Assembly (NCBI GenBank): GCA_964016885.1
Contig: OZ024751.1
Coordinates: 35,774,001 to 35,838,000 of the forward strand
Source: Eledone cirrhosa
Lineage: Eukaryota
Length of the DNA: 64,000 nt
Direction: 5' to 3'
A program made the position numbers and the translations under genes. Of this stretch, positions 15,886-33,303 are shown piece after piece; within the stretch, counting starts at the first letter, position 1; every line of letters starts with the position of its first letter. The notes under the pieces are model-generated. The model was not told where the DNA came from. It saw nothing but the letters and a program-made list of their open reading frames with translations, and ran no database searches.

Positions 15886-16226
15886 GTAGTATAGTTTCCT
15901 TTGTAGTATATACGGTTCAGGGCAAGGTAAGAAGAGGGGACCTTAGAGGGAGAAGCTAGAATAAAATAAAATTTGTTTATAACCGGGATATGTTTTGCGT
16001 TTTATTGTTTGTTTAGGTGAAGGTAGAGATGGAGAAAGATGAGGGTGTGAGAGTTAATGTTAGAATTAAAATTAGGATTAAGGTTAGAGTTCGAATTTAT
16101 TTTATTCTAGCTTCCTATAGTTCGCCCTTCTCACGTTTTCTCACGTTGCCCCGAACTGCTCGCAGTAAAAAATGGTACACACACCACTATAAATGGAAAC
16201 TAGTTGATTGAGATACAGCAACTCAT

Positions 16227-16258
<32 letters not shown>

Positions 16259-16961
16259 CCCATACATACATACACACATATACAAACACATACATGTATA
16301 TAATTTAATCTAATCGAAACCAATACTATACTGTTGATTGATTTCCTTACATCCGCTCTTGAACCCGATAAACACATACATACACACATATACATAAATA
16401 AACCCATACACACACATGCACACACACACACACATGCTCATATATATACACATACACACAGAGCCATACAAAAACACAGGGAAAATACAGTAAATTAAAA
16501 TCATGTTGGATAAAAAACTTAATGAATAAATAATGAATAAGTAATGAGATTGTATGGAGGTTGTAGTGTTAAAAAGGTTCTTAGTTGATTCAATCCACCA
16601 TTACTATAGTATTTCCAATTATTGTAGACTCCAACCTTAACTTAAAGATGGCGACCATGTGAAAACAATGCTGGCAGAAAAATAAAACGTTTATTCTATT
16701 TATTTTTTTTAATTAATTTGATAAATGAGTTCCTTTGTTTTAAAATTATTTCAATTGATATTACGGTCATTGTTTGTTTTCAGTTACATCTTCAATACTA
16801 TTTTCTATTGTTTAATTTTCATTTTCGTTAAGAATTTTTCCTCTGTTCTTTTTTCGTTTTATTTCCATTACAATTTTTGCACACAGTCTTTTTTTTTTTA
16901 TCTCTCTCTCGGTGTATATTTCGTATCGTGATACTTTGTTGATATATATATGTATATATTT

Positions 16962-17067
<106 letters not shown>

Positions 17068-17143
17068 AAGTGTCTGACTGTGTATATATATATATATACT
17101 TATAAGAATAAAAACATACACACACATACTCTCCCACACACCT

Positions 17144-17180
<37 letters not shown>

Positions 17181-17409
17181 CACATACTGTATATAATTTC
17201 CCTTGTTATCTCTAGTTAATTTCCCTTTTCACCCTAACCCCTTCACCCACCCCCTAAAATATTTAATCTTTATTATTGTTCTTTTATTTGTTTATCTCTT
17301 TTCACAATTCCCAAGAAACACTAAAATTCAACGAAACCCTCCAATATCAGAGATACTACTCCATCCGCCATTTGTTGGAGAATATTGATAGATTTATAGA
17401 TCGAAGTAT

Positions 17410-17623
17410 GGATTCACTGCGATACTGCTGAGCGACTTCCCTGGGTGTGAGTTTTTGATTATCACACAGGGGATATCTTTCGAGGAGTTCCTTCCCAACT
17501 CTCATGATCTTATCTGTTTCATGCAGATAGACTTGCTCGAGAGACGGGCTCCTACGCTTCGAGGTTCGTAGCTGTTGTCGGGGGGATATGATGCGACATT
17601 CAAATGCTGTCTGGACTGATGTT
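17410..17623 (-). mobile_element. internal fragment of an RLE-type non-LTR retrotransposon ORF (post-RT region)
   Basis: Translates as TSVQTAFECRIISPRQQLRTSKRRSPSLEQVYLHETDKIMRVGKELLERY, which resembles the region after the RLYxxRxxGGRGL motif (recognised from memory). Flanked by a 28-bp direct repeat. Confidence 0.55.
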
Positions 17624-18025
17624 ATATTGACAGATTTATAGATCGAAGTATAAAATGTCTTCGTGTATAAAATATGGCTAAGTGAAGGAGAACGTTTTGG
17701 ATCTGAATTAGAGAACAACATCTAAAGTTTTGTGGTGGCAATATCAGGCTACATTTTTCATTAGAAATGTTTCTCTAGTGAAGATACCTAACGTTTCCTG
17801 TCACAGAGGTTAGAAGATAATTTATCATAGCAATAGAACTGTTCATATAAACCCGGTGGGAACTATTTCGTTTAAATTAGGGAGCGAGGATTAATATTTG
17901 ACTACCAAAATGGCGTATTTCTACTACAGGAAAAATTATTATCCACGCTGTAAAACCTTAAGAAATTCAACACCATAGAAACGGTGGTGTTTATTTATTA
18001 CAGGTGGACTTGCAATAAATGTATA

Positions 18026-18210
18026 CAGGTAGATTTTCGATATAACGAATACCATTATAACGAATTTTTCAGTATAACGAAATGCATTTCAATCTCCAAA
18101 TTAATAACAAACAAACGGTGGATTTGTTTCGGTCAATCTCGTTATAAAGAACTTTTCGTTACAACGAATTTTTTAATACTCGTGAATTCCGTTATAACGG
18201 AATTTCACTG
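18026..18210. mobile_element. pogo/Tigger-like (Tc1-mariner superfamily) MITE
   Basis: Ends TA-CAGG...CACTG. Imperfect TIRs and multiple TATAACGAA / TTCGTTATA subterminal motifs in inverted orientation. Confidence 0.65.
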
Positions 18211-18270
18211 TGTATATGTATGTATGTATGTATATCTATATCTGTATATATGTCTATATCTATACATGTG

Positions 18271-18318
<48 letters not shown>

Positions 18319-18685
18319 TGTATGTGTGTGTGTGAATGTGTATGTGTGTGAATGTGTATGTGTGTGAATGTGTATGTGTGTGTATGTAGCAATATGGCTC
18401 CTAACATAATCATGTGTATTAAAACTAAAGTGATATGTACTTTATCGTTTAACAGAGTAAAACCACTTTGCCTTGTGTAAGTAAGTAATTGCTTACAGCC
18501 GCCTGGGCGGCTTTGATGTTGCCGCCATAGTAGAGTAATTTATGAAAGGGTCTAGAAAGCATTTAGCAGGTCACGCCTGTTGGTAATCTAACCGGGAGAT
18601 GGAGGAGGTGGAAGTGATGTTGTAAATACTGTAACAAGCATAAAACAATGGTCTGATATCCAGACACATCACACACTGATACACC

Positions 18686-18764
<79 letters not shown>

Positions 18765-19502
18765 ATATAAATATAATATATGTATTGTGTTTTCACACAT
18801 ATATGTAAATATATATATATATATATAAACACGCACGCACAACACACACACATACTGTATATATATATATATATAGATACTGTATATGGATATAGTTGTA
18901 TATGTGTATATATATGTGTATATATATATGTGTATATATATGTGTATATATAGTAAATGATATAACTGCAGTAGACAATGATTAATAGTGTAGTTAAAGT
19001 TGAAGTGACTTAGCATCACCTCCATATTTCCTTATTTCCTTATCGTCTGCTGTAAACGACTCCATCATCAAAGTTCACTTGTTCACACCTCAAACACCGC
19101 CATTTTCTTGGTCTTCTCATTTTACTTCTAACAACAATACCTCCCTCTCTCCTCTCTCTCCCCTCTCTCCCCTCTGTCTTCTCTTCACCTTTCTCCAATT
19201 TCTATTACAAACATCACCACCAACACCACCACCATCAACAACACCACCACCCCAAACATCACCACCACAAACATCACCACTAACACCACCACCATCAACA
19301 ACACCACCACCACAAACATCATCACCAACACGACCACCATCAACACCACCACCACAAACATCATCACCAACACGACCACCATCAACACCACCACCAACAC
19401 CCCAAATAATATCACCGCCACAGCCACCACCAGCACCACATCAACACGACCACCACCACTACTTTTCTTCTTCTTCTTCTTCTTCTTCTTCTTCTTCTTC
19501 TT

Positions 19503-19617
<115 letters not shown>

Positions 19618-19946
19618 TTGTTATTTACGGTAACTATGTAACTATCTATGAGACAAAATAATGTGTTTATCCTCGCCCTATCTTAGTTGGTAAAGAAATT
19701 AAAAGATACCACCAACAATTGAACTATATTACAACAACTACAACAACAACTACAACAACAACTCAACAACAACTCAACTACAACAACAACTACAACAACT
19801 ACAACAACTACAACAACTACAACAACTACAACAAAAACTACAACAAAAACTCAACTACAACAACAATAACGACAATAACAGCAGAAACTACGACAATAAC
19901 GATAACAGCAACAACCATTAATACAGCAACAAGTATGCATAAAGAA

Positions 19947-20070
<124 letters not shown>

Positions 20071-20118
20071 AAGGAGTGAAGAATATATTTGGGGAAGGTC
20101 ATATTGTTATAATATTGC

Positions 20119-20163
<45 letters not shown>

Positions 20164-20395
20164 TATATGTTATATATATCTCTATATCTCTATATCTCTA
20201 TGTTATATAGCAGCATAGCTCTTATATATATAACATATCTCTAGGTCCGTCTGTATGGTCGTCACTACACATATGGAGGAGAGATATGCTATCAGTGTTA
20301 GGAAGTCATAAATTACGAAAGCCGAGTTAACCTTTGAATGGTAGAGAATAATGGCTGTTCTTGGAAACGATCTCTCTCTCACTCTTCTTATAGTC

Positions 20396-20463
<68 letters not shown>

Positions 20464-20542
20464 TGTGTGTGTCTGTGTGTATATATATGCATACATACAT
20501 GCATATGTATATATAAATATATGTGTATATATATATATGTAT

Positions 20543-20575
<33 letters not shown>

Positions 20576-20625
20576 CTGTGTAACACACTTCTATTTGTGT
20601 AATATATTTGTCTCTCTCTATATAT

Positions 20626-20664
<39 letters not shown>

Positions 20665-20705
20665 CTGTGTAACACACTTCTATTTGTGTAATATATTTGT
20701 CTCTC

Positions 20706-20826
<121 letters not shown>

Positions 20827-20899
20827 ATATATACATATATATATATATACATATATACATACACACACACACTCACACACATATATATATATATATATA

Positions 20900-21080
20900 G
20901 AACAAAGGAATTATGGTAAGGAACCAGATGGACCATAACGCACCAGAGTACTCAATACTTAGGGTAGTAGAGTGGGAAATAGGAAAAAGTATGACCCCGA
21001 CGGCAGAGCTCAAGCCGTTCCGACGGGTTGAGCTCTGCCGAAACGGCTTGAGCTCTGCCGTCGGGGTCATACTTTTTCCT
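20900..21080 (-). mobile_element. Penelope-like pLTR family H1, copy B
   Basis: 80-bp tail, then perfect 39-bp inverted repeats at 20981-21019 and 21042-21080. Inserted in (TA)n. Confidence 0.85.
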
Positions 21081-21359
21081 ATATATATATATATATAATT
21101 CTTTATTGTATGTTTTCCTATTGATGCTATAACACCAGAAAACAAACTTAATATAATAAAGACGTCATCAACTAAACTTTCTTTCTCTTCCCTTCTCTCT
21201 CTCTCACTCTTTCTCTCTCTCACACACACTCTCTTCCCCTCTCTCTCACACACTCTCTTCCTCTCTCTCACACACTCTTTCTCTCTCTCTTTCCTTCTTT
21301 CTTCCCCATCCCTCTCTATATACACATATATTATTATTTTTATTATCATTATCATTATA

Positions 21360-21395
<36 letters not shown>

Positions 21396-21436
21396 TCGTA
21401 GATAAATATATATATGTAAATATTTTATATATATAT

Positions 21437-21894
<458 letters not shown>

Positions 21895-22357
21895 GTGACC
21901 CACTAAAAGTGTGTGGGAGACACGAAGTTAGAATGTTTCCTGTTAAGTTTCTTACATTACACAATTGAAGATAAGTTGATAACCTAGGTTCACGTTAATG
22001 AAAGAATGTATTCTCTTGTTTCTCAATATCTCCTCTTATTGTTTTATCTCCGTGGACCAGATAGTACCGCCCCCACCGACCAATACTGCCGCCCCCACCG
22101 TCTAATACTGCCACCAACACCACCTGTATATCTTTCACTGCCACCGCCACCACCATCATCACCAACAAAATCACCACTACCACCACCACCACTACCACTA
22201 TCACCATCACTATCACCACCACCACCACCACCACCACTACCACTACCTCTATCACCATCACTACTATCACCACCACCACCACCTCTATCACCACCACTAC
22301 CTCTATCACCATCACTACTATCACCACCACCACCACCACCACCACCACCACTACCAC

Positions 22358-22408
<51 letters not shown>

Positions 22409-22483
22409 GTGCGTGACTGTATGTATATATATATATATACACATACAGACACACGCATATATATATGCATACACGTACACACA

Positions 22484-22535
<52 letters not shown>

Positions 22536-22698
22536 GATATATTATTATTTATATTATTACTGTTTCGTTATTTGTCTCGTTTCATTTTGCCATTGTTTTA
22601 ATGCGACCAAGAAACATCTAGAAGGTCTACTAAATAATATAAATCAAGTATTTTATTATTTATTATAGCCGCCATGTTAGAGCGTATCTAATATTTAT

Positions 22699-22890
22699 GA
22701 GAGGCGGCGAAATGAGTCATTAGAACGCTGGAATGCTTTGTTGTATTCGTTCCGGCTTGCTAGACACTGAGTTCAAATCCAACCAAGGTCAGCTTTGCCT
22801 TTCATCCTTTCGAGGTCGATAAAATAACAAAAACACAACAAAACGTAACAAAACAGAACAAAATATGTACCAGTCCAGTATAGGGCTGAA
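22699..22890 (+). mobile_element. tRNA-derived SINE, family A-like
   Basis: gagttcaaatcc B-box and 'ttgccttttcatcctttcgaggtcgataaaata' core. Confidence 0.75.
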
Positions 22891-23453
22891 GTCTTCTCTC
22901 TCTATATATATATCTTTCTCTCTGCTTCTCACTCACTCTTTCTCACTGCTTCTCTCTCACTCTTTCTCACTTCTTCCCTGTCATTCTCCGAAAGAGATTG
23001 TATTGAGAGCTGGAGAGGAGATGGGCTCCATCAGGTTTAAAACCAAACAACAAACAAAATACTCAAGCAACGGTGTCTATCACATGTCAGAGGCGGGGGA
23101 AGTATTTGGACAATTTAGTTGTAGTGATCAGTTTAGCTCTTTCTACACTAAAATGGTCAGAAAAGTTGGATATGCGATAAACATAACATGTACATAAATT
23201 ATAGCACATCCCAATAGATGTGTTTTGGGGGTTTGGGGAGGACATATAATTATTCGGTGTTGGATTGGGGGGATGATCCCCCTCTCCCTCGCCCCAGTTC
23301 CACCTCCACTGCATACGGTGCCCCTCCACAGGGAGTTACACGTGCAGGGACGGATTATTTAATATAACAGCCCTTCTGTAAGATTTCTGATTTTGGCACA
23401 AAACCAGAAATATTTTGGTTGGGGTGCGATGTGAGAGAAGTGAAGATCAGCCC

Positions 23454-23790
23454 CATCCTATGTGGCCCGCCCTAAGATGAGACACATTCGATGTGTCCCC
23501 TCTTCTATTGAGCCACTTCCTATGTGGCCTGCCTTATGATGAGCTACATCCTATGTGGCCCACCTTATAATTACCCACATCCTATGTGGCCCATCTTATA
23601 ATGAGCCACTTCCTATGTGTCCCGTCGTATAATGAGTCACATCCCATGTGGCCCGTCTTATAATGAGCCACTTCCTATGTGGCCCGTCTTATAATGAGTT
23701 ACTTCCCATGTGGGCCGTCGTATAATGAGTCACTTCCAATGTGGTCCGTCTTATAATGAGTCACTTCCTATGTAGCCCATCTTATGTGGC
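23454..23790. repeat. 31-bp minisatellite, ~10 copies
   Basis: Unit approximately ccacttcctatgtggcccgtcttataatgag. Confidence 0.9.
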
Positions 23791-24053
23791 CTACTGCTTG
23801 AAAAAGGTTACCTACATCTGCTCTATATCATCTGCTGTCTTCAGCACTCTATATTTCATGCAGACAAGTTTACTCTCATATTATAATTCTCATTAACTGC
23901 TGACATTTTTAGTTAGATTTCCATCAGATGTTTTCAAGGAATAAATAAATATATTAACACAGAATAAAAGAGTTCATAAACGAAAACTTATTAAATGTAA
24001 ACACCTACATTTTACAATTATCTCCCTTTCTTTCACTCTCCCCCATTTCGCTC

Positions 24054-24086
<33 letters not shown>

Positions 24087-24190
24087 ATCTATCTATCTTT
24101 CTTTCACTTTCTTTCTTTCCTTCTTTCATTTTTCTTTCTTCTCACCTCTCTCTCTCTCACTCTCCCTCTGTCTGTCTGTCTCTCTGTCTC

Positions 24191-24223
<33 letters not shown>

Positions 24224-24376
24224 CTCTTTCTCTCTCTTTCATCTACTCTATCCCCCCCACCCCCCCAACAACTTTACTTTATTCAGGAAAATTTTGTCGA
24301 AGCAAATGATTAATATGAAGTTCAGTTTGCATTGAAACACTGAATCGCAGTTAACTCGTGTGTGTGCGTGTGTGTG

Positions 24377-24450
<74 letters not shown>

Positions 24451-24539
24451 AGTGGCGTATTAAGTATAACTCCCAGTCATACACATATAATACCTTTCAG
24501 TCTATCTACCGCTGATCTATCTATGTATCTATGTACACG

Positions 24540-24571
<32 letters not shown>

Positions 24572-24581
24572 CATATACATA

Positions 24582-24743
<162 letters not shown>

Positions 24744-24771
24744 TATATACATATATATATATATATTATAT

Positions 24772-24823
<52 letters not shown>

Positions 24824-24907
24824 ATATATATATATATACATATACATATACATATATATATACATATACATATATATATATATAATATATATATGTATAT
24901 GTATATA

Positions 24908-25026
<119 letters not shown>

Positions 25027-25203
25027 CATACACACGTGTGTGTGTGTAGTGAAAGGGACACCAACATACATGCAATCATCCATTGATAAGATAATATATA
25101 AAACTTGTAAGACTCAGCTGAAAATTGTTAAATAATTAGAAACGATAACGGCAAACATTTTGAATAGTTTGGGAATAAAAAGATTACACCAACTAAAACT
25201 CTT

Positions 25204-25252
<49 letters not shown>

Positions 25253-25255
25253 ATG

Positions 25256-25442
<187 letters not shown>

Positions 25443-25443
25443 T

Positions 25444-25512
<69 letters not shown>

Positions 25513-26032
25513 ATAGATATATACATCTATGTATATATATATATATACGTATATGAGTGTGTGTTCGTTTACGTGTATATCTATGAAAATGTACGTATAA
25601 ATATACACGTAATATTTTAAATGTCCTTTCATTAATCTCTATATGGTATATACTGAATGTAAGAGACAGCCGTGTCCCTCCTTTTGTTAGATCATATCAA
25701 CTTAAATAGAGAAATTGAGAAAATATAAAAACTGATATTTAAAGAATAACGAAACGCTGAAGAACATAGCCGCCATATCTTGTTGTGTAATCTCGCCATA
25801 TCTCACTCCGTAGTGAGATTTCACTGAATGCTTACAAATAATTTCGCTGAATGCTTTTCCAGCATACAATAGTTCACAAACTGGGAATTGTATTATAAAA
25901 GAAAACGTGGTTGGACTGTATTTTCTCTACAGAACGAAGAAGAAACCTGAGGTGCCTAGAATGTCTATGTTTCTTGATTTTATAGCCATTTAGAAGAAGA
26001 AATGAACTCCAAAATACTCACTACATCTACAC

Positions 26033-26095
<63 letters not shown>

Positions 26096-26178
26096 GAGAG
26101 AGAGAGAGAGATGTGTGTGTGTATACTTATATGAATATATATATATATATATAGGTATGTGCGTGTATGCTTATAGGA

Positions 26179-26270
<92 letters not shown>

Positions 26271-26384
26271 TGACACATAAATATATATATATATATATAT
26301 ATTTACATACATATATGTATATATATATTTATATATATACTTACATACATACTTACACACACATACACGTATATATACACACAC

Positions 26385-26418
<34 letters not shown>

Positions 26419-26544
26419 ACACAAATAACACACGTTCGGAGAGTGTCCCATGTGGAAATAAAGAAGCAAGAATGATCCCCCAGAACGCAGAGTGTAACCC
26501 TAATTATTCTATATATTCCTTACATATACTTCCTTTCCCCTCTC

Positions 26545-26590
<46 letters not shown>

Positions 26591-26862
26591 ATATATATCT
26601 ATATTCTCTTCCAATTATTTACATCTTCAAATGCCCCCCCCCCCCTCTACTCCCCACCCTCCTCGGCAATATTTCTAGCATCTCTATTCACAGGATTACT
26701 CGCAAGATTTCCGCAATGGCTTGAACCATGATGATTCCAACCAACTAGAGAATTGAAGAATACAAACAGAAAATCTCTTATGATCAAACACACTCACACA
26801 GAAACACACGCATACACACATATATATATATACATACATAAATATATATTTACATACATCAT

Positions 26863-26903
<41 letters not shown>

Positions 26904-27762
26904 TTGTATATATATATATATATATATATGCTTGTATACGAAGACATAGAACCATGTAATCATGCGTACATGCATCTTCTCTAACATACATTATCTACAA
27001 TTGCTGGCTCCATTGAAACTCAAAATATACTGCTGCATATTATTTCTCTTATTCTCTCTCTCTCTCTTTCTCTCTATCACATACACACACACACACACAC
27101 ACACTCCTTCACCACACACACACACTCCTTCACCACACACACTCACCCCTTCACGACACACACACACACTCCTTCACCACACACACACACTCCTTCACCA
27201 CACACACACAGACTCCTTCACCACACACACTCCTTCACCACACACACTCACTCCTTCACCACACACACTCACTCCTTCACCACACAACACATCTTAGGTT
27301 TTCTACCATTCACACAAGGTTAGACACCATATTTCACACCATTTTGGACCTCTCTCTCTCCCTCTCTCTTTCTCTCTGTCTCTCTCCCCCTCCGCTTTCT
27401 CATTCTCACAATTACACAATTACACACTGACCTAATCAAGCATTTCCTCTTTCTCATACTCACCTCCCCACGCATCACCTACCCCTCCACCCCATCCCCA
27501 TCACCTACCACCATCACCCCTCCCCAAACACCGCCACCCCCACCACATCCCCCGCCCCACTCTCCCATAACCCCCTCCACCCTCCTCTCTTTGTTTAATA
27601 TGGTCACATACCCTCTGTTGTTTTCTTCTCCCCAAACACTTATAACTATATACACATACATAGACACATACATACACACATATATACACATTGGTGTATA
27701 TATACAGCAATATATGTATATAAAACAAACACAAACATACATGCCCACTCACACCCACGCTC

Positions 27763-27814
<52 letters not shown>

Positions 27815-27833
27815 CTATATATACACATATGCA

Positions 27834-28186
<353 letters not shown>

Positions 28187-28392
28187 ATATATATATATAT
28201 ATACACATATATCCATGTATGTTCATATAATTTCCGAAAGGCATAACATCTATTTTTCCATTTTATAACGTCTTAAAGAATCCATCATCACATATATACA
28301 TATACTCATACGTACGCATATAGAAACACATACACATATATATAAACACGCGCACATATGCATATATAAAAGTATATATATATATATACATG

Positions 28393-28472
<80 letters not shown>

Positions 28473-28481
28473 GAGAGAGAG

Positions 28482-28529
<48 letters not shown>

Positions 28530-29121
28530 TGAGAGAGAGAGTTATATATATATATATACGTACAAATGTGGTGGTCAATCAGACACATAATAAAATGTAG
28601 TGTTAATTACATGAAACTATCAATTCGTTGGGATTTCCTTCCGCCCATTTCTCGACCTGTCACGTCTGGTCGTCGTCTGCAGACATTACAATTCCATTGA
28701 TTTATGATGTTTTCTATATTGTACTAACAAACATCACTATGTATGTATGTATGTATGTATGTATGTATGTATGTATGTATGTATGTATGTATGTATGTAT
28801 GTATGTATGTATGTATGTATGTATGTATGTATGTATGTATGTATGTATGTACGTATGTATGTATGTATTTATGTACGTGTGTATGTATGTATTTATGTAC
28901 TTATGTACGTATGTATGTATGTATGTATGTATGTATGTATGTATGTATGTATGTATGTATGTATGTATGTATGTATGTATATATGTTCTTCTGTAGATTA
29001 TGTATGTATGCATGCATGTGTAGATATGGATGTTATTGTATGTGTGGATGTGTATGTTTTGAGTTGTGTGTGTGTGTGCATGTGTATATGCTGTGTATCT
29101 GTACAAGTGTATATGCAGTTA

Positions 29122-29443
29122 TTAGATGCAAAATTTTTGGAATGTTTTACATATTTTTACTGTTCCATTAATGGACTGTACTTGTAATTTCGTAACTAGT
29201 TGTGTTCTTTCTATTCCTGTGAAGCCTAGCTTCTCAGTATTTGTATTGAAGCAGTTACTAACATACCCCAGTGCCCCAATAATCACGGGCTTAAATCTGA
29301 AGGTGTAATCAGGGTGGAGATTTCTCATCAGTTCTGCATAAATATTCTCCTTTTCGCTAATCTTTGATATTATATTGGCATCTGTTGGGCAGCTAATTTC
29401 CACTACTGTGCATGTTTTCTTCTCCCTGTCCCATATCATAATC
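29122..29443 (-). mobile_element. 3' end of an RLE-type non-LTR retrotransposon (restriction-like endonuclease domain)
   Basis: IMIWDREKKTCTVVEISCP...KENIYAEL...PVIIGALG...GTVKICKTF matches the PD-(D/E)xK RLE C-terminus pattern. Confidence 0.85.
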
Positions 29444-29804
29444 TCTCTCTCCTCCCCCTCTCCTCCCCCTCTCCCCACCCCCACCCCCCCTCTCTCTCTC
29501 TCTCTCTCTCTGTAGAAACAACTTTGTTTACATACCAACACAAAAGCAAGAATGAGGGGCTCATTCTACTGACATGGCTTTAAAAAGAGGCTATTTGCAT
29601 AATTGCAAACGAATCAAATATTATTAATATTCTAAAAACCAAAAGGAAGCTGCTGCTGCTGGTATTGAGTACAACTTCATTGAAACACCATAGTACATAT
29701 GTGAATGTATATTATCTGTTTATTCTCTTGATAGCATGTGCTCTATCTCTATAGTACATCTGCTCTATGGCGTCTGGATGGAATGGTCTACTCGACATAC
29801 ACAA

Positions 29805-30032
29805 TTACATGTATATATATTCCTACATGTACATATATTCCTACATGGATATACATTCCTACATGTATATATATTCCTACATGTATATATATTCCTACAT
29901 GTATATATATTCCTACATGGATATACATTCCTACATGGATATACATTCCTACATGTATATACATTCCTACATGTATATATGTATTCCTACATGTATATAT
30001 ATTCCTACATGTATATATATTCCTACATGTAT
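29805..30032. repeat. 18-bp minisatellite (attcctacatgtatatat), ~12 copies
   Basis: Direct tandem repetition. Confidence 0.9.
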
Positions 30033-32064
30033 ACACAGACATACAAAAATACATTCATGTACACACACAACTCACTTCTTTCAATAAATTAAAAGTCGGT
30101 TTTCTTTTTACTTTAACAGACATTTACACTAGCACCCCCCATCATTCCACCACCACCACAATCACTCCACCACCGCCACCACCATCACCGCCACCACCAT
30201 CACCATCACTCCATCACCACCACTCCACCACCAACATCACCACCAGTACCACCGCCACCACCATCACTCCACCACCACCACCATCACTCCACCGCCACCA
30301 CTCCACCACCACCACCACCACCACCACCACCACCACCACCACCACCACCACCACCAACAACACCACCAGTACCAGCACCAGCACCACCACCACCACCACC
30401 AGTACCAGTACCACCACCACCACAATCACTCCACCACCACCACCACCATCACTCCACCACCACCACTCCACCACCACCACCACCAACACCACCAGTACCA
30501 GCAGCACCACCACCACCACCACCACCACCAGTACCAGCACCACCACCACCACCACCACAATCACTCCACCACCACCACCACTACCACCACCACCACTACC
30601 ACTACCACCACCACCACTACCACCACCACCACTACCACCACCACCACCACCACCAGCACCAGCACCACCACCATCACCACCACCACCAGTACCAGCACCA
30701 CCACCACCACCACAATCACTCCACCACCACCATCACCACCGCCACCATCACCCCACCACCTCTTTAAGTAACACCAACGTTACAGGTGATTCTGTTGGTA
30801 GTTCCAGTATTTAGTGTTAGTGTTTGACTAGCTGCTGTTCACTGCCGTTTCTAATACGTCTTGTCTGAGAACAACATCGGAACTAATATCATTTCTATTC
30901 TGCTTCCTTGCCTCTTTATATAGCGTTCTTTGGGACTTATTAACTTCCACTCTAGCTCTTTATAGAAACACCCACCACACCACCTCACCCCCCCATCTCT
31001 CTCTCTCTTTCAAAACCACCCCCACCACTAACAACAACACACCACCATCACCACCACTACCAACACTACCACCACCACCGTCACCACCACTACCACCACC
31101 ACCACCACCACCTCTACCCCCATTACCGTTTTGGGACTTATTAACTTCCACGTTGGCACTTTTCAGCCCACCGGCTCCACCAGCCCCACCACCAGCACCA
31201 CCACCACCATCACCACCACCACTATACCTCCCACCCCACCTCCACCACCACCACCACCACCACCACCGCCACCACCACCACCACTATACCTCCCACCCCA
31301 CCTCCACCACCACCACCACCACCACCACCGCCACCACCACCACCACTATACCTCCCACCCCACCTCCACCACCACCACCACCACCACCACCACCACCACC
31401 GCCACCACCACCACCACCACTATACCCCCCCCCAACCACCACCACCACCACCACCACTATACCTCCCACCCCACCTCCACCACCACCACCACCACCACAA
31501 TTTTCGCTTCTGTTCACTTTCTACTTGAGAAACATAGTTTGTGAATAAGCAGACGATTTCAATGATTTGTATGTTCAGACGTAACAAGCTTCCATGAAAA
31601 GTATTAATACTTTAGCTTGCAGGCACAAAAGAGTCCTATAACAAGTCTGATAAATTAGTGTGGCATGTTTTGACAATTGAAGTAAAATTTCCCTGCTTCA
31701 AATTGGACAGTGTTTAGCAGTAGTGTCATTGCAGTTCTTTTATCTACAGCCAGAACCGCGTTATTAAGACGGAAATGCAGTGTGATCAAAGGTTGCAATT
31801 CAATACAGGCAGCAGTCGAAGTATTCTGTTCCGAGAATAAGGGCAATAGTTGATCGCTTTGTAGTAGTTTTATTGGCGCTAGTTTGGACTTCGTCTGGTG
31901 GAGTTAGGTTTGGTTTGGTCTGCTAGTTTGGGTTGCAATGTAATAACCTATGTATGTATGTATGTATGTATGTATGTATGTATGTATGTATGTATGTATG
32001 TATGTATGTATGTATGTATGTATGTATGTATGTATGTATGTATGTATGTATGTATGTATGTATG

Positions 32065-32148
<84 letters not shown>

Positions 32149-32277
32149 AGTATGTTGATATAAGTATGTATGTATGTATGCTGGTATGTGTCTGTATGTG
32201 CGTTGGCAAGCATTTGTGAAAATATATAACATGTGTAAACCTAACATATCTTTTAGTCTTTTACGAATTTCAGTATG

Positions 32278-32396
<119 letters not shown>

Positions 32397-32466
32397 TTAT
32401 ACATGTATACATATATGGATGCAATCTAATCACTGAAATCAATAAAAATACAAAAAGTTACGAATA

Positions 32467-32546
<80 letters not shown>

Positions 32547-32567
32547 CATATACATATACGCACACAT

Positions 32568-32601
<34 letters not shown>

Positions 32602-33119
32602 GAAGATATATGTGAATAAATACACAGTCCGATAATATTAATACAGGAGAACGAAGAGATAAAAAAATAAACAAAAAAGCAACCAAAAAGCAGCCAAAAC
32701 CAACCAAAAACAACCAAAAAGAAAGCAAAACAAAAATCAACAAAACCTATTGGAGGAGGAGGAGGCAGGATGTGGCATGGAGTGCATTACATGTATTCTT
32801 GTTTTCATGCGTTAGTGTAAGGACAAAGACAAACGACAGCAGACGATAGAAGCAGCAAATGCAAAAATGTCACGGACGATATTCTTTTAGTTTTAACTAG
32901 CATGTAAAAGAGACAACCGAAGAATTCAATTGTTTACTACACTTCCATGCGCAGACGTGCTTAGTATGAAATAATAGTTTAGCAAGTATTCCTCTCTTGT
33001 TGTCTACTACATATGGTGAAGTTTCTTCTTTCTATTACTGCTGACATGCAATCTACTGAAATATAGATTTGCTTTTTAGGAACATTATGTAACTTATATA
33101 ATGTACCATACATATACAC

Positions 33120-33169
<50 letters not shown>

Positions 33170-33191
33170 CATACATTTTTACGTAAATGTT

Positions 33192-33242
<51 letters not shown>

Positions 33243-33266
33243 GTGTATGTAAGCATGTATGTATGA

Positions 33267-33303
<37 letters not shown>

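Noticed and set aside
17356-17721. Host exon or ankyrin-like reading of DNQKLTPREVAQQY
   Set aside because: Splice sites are weak. The peptide fits a retrotransposon better and is bounded by a direct repeat.
20900-21080. Classical TIR MITE interpretation of family H1
   Set aside because: One arm is always subterminal, arm lengths vary between copies, and the arms encode hammerhead motifs, all of which favour a PLE origin.
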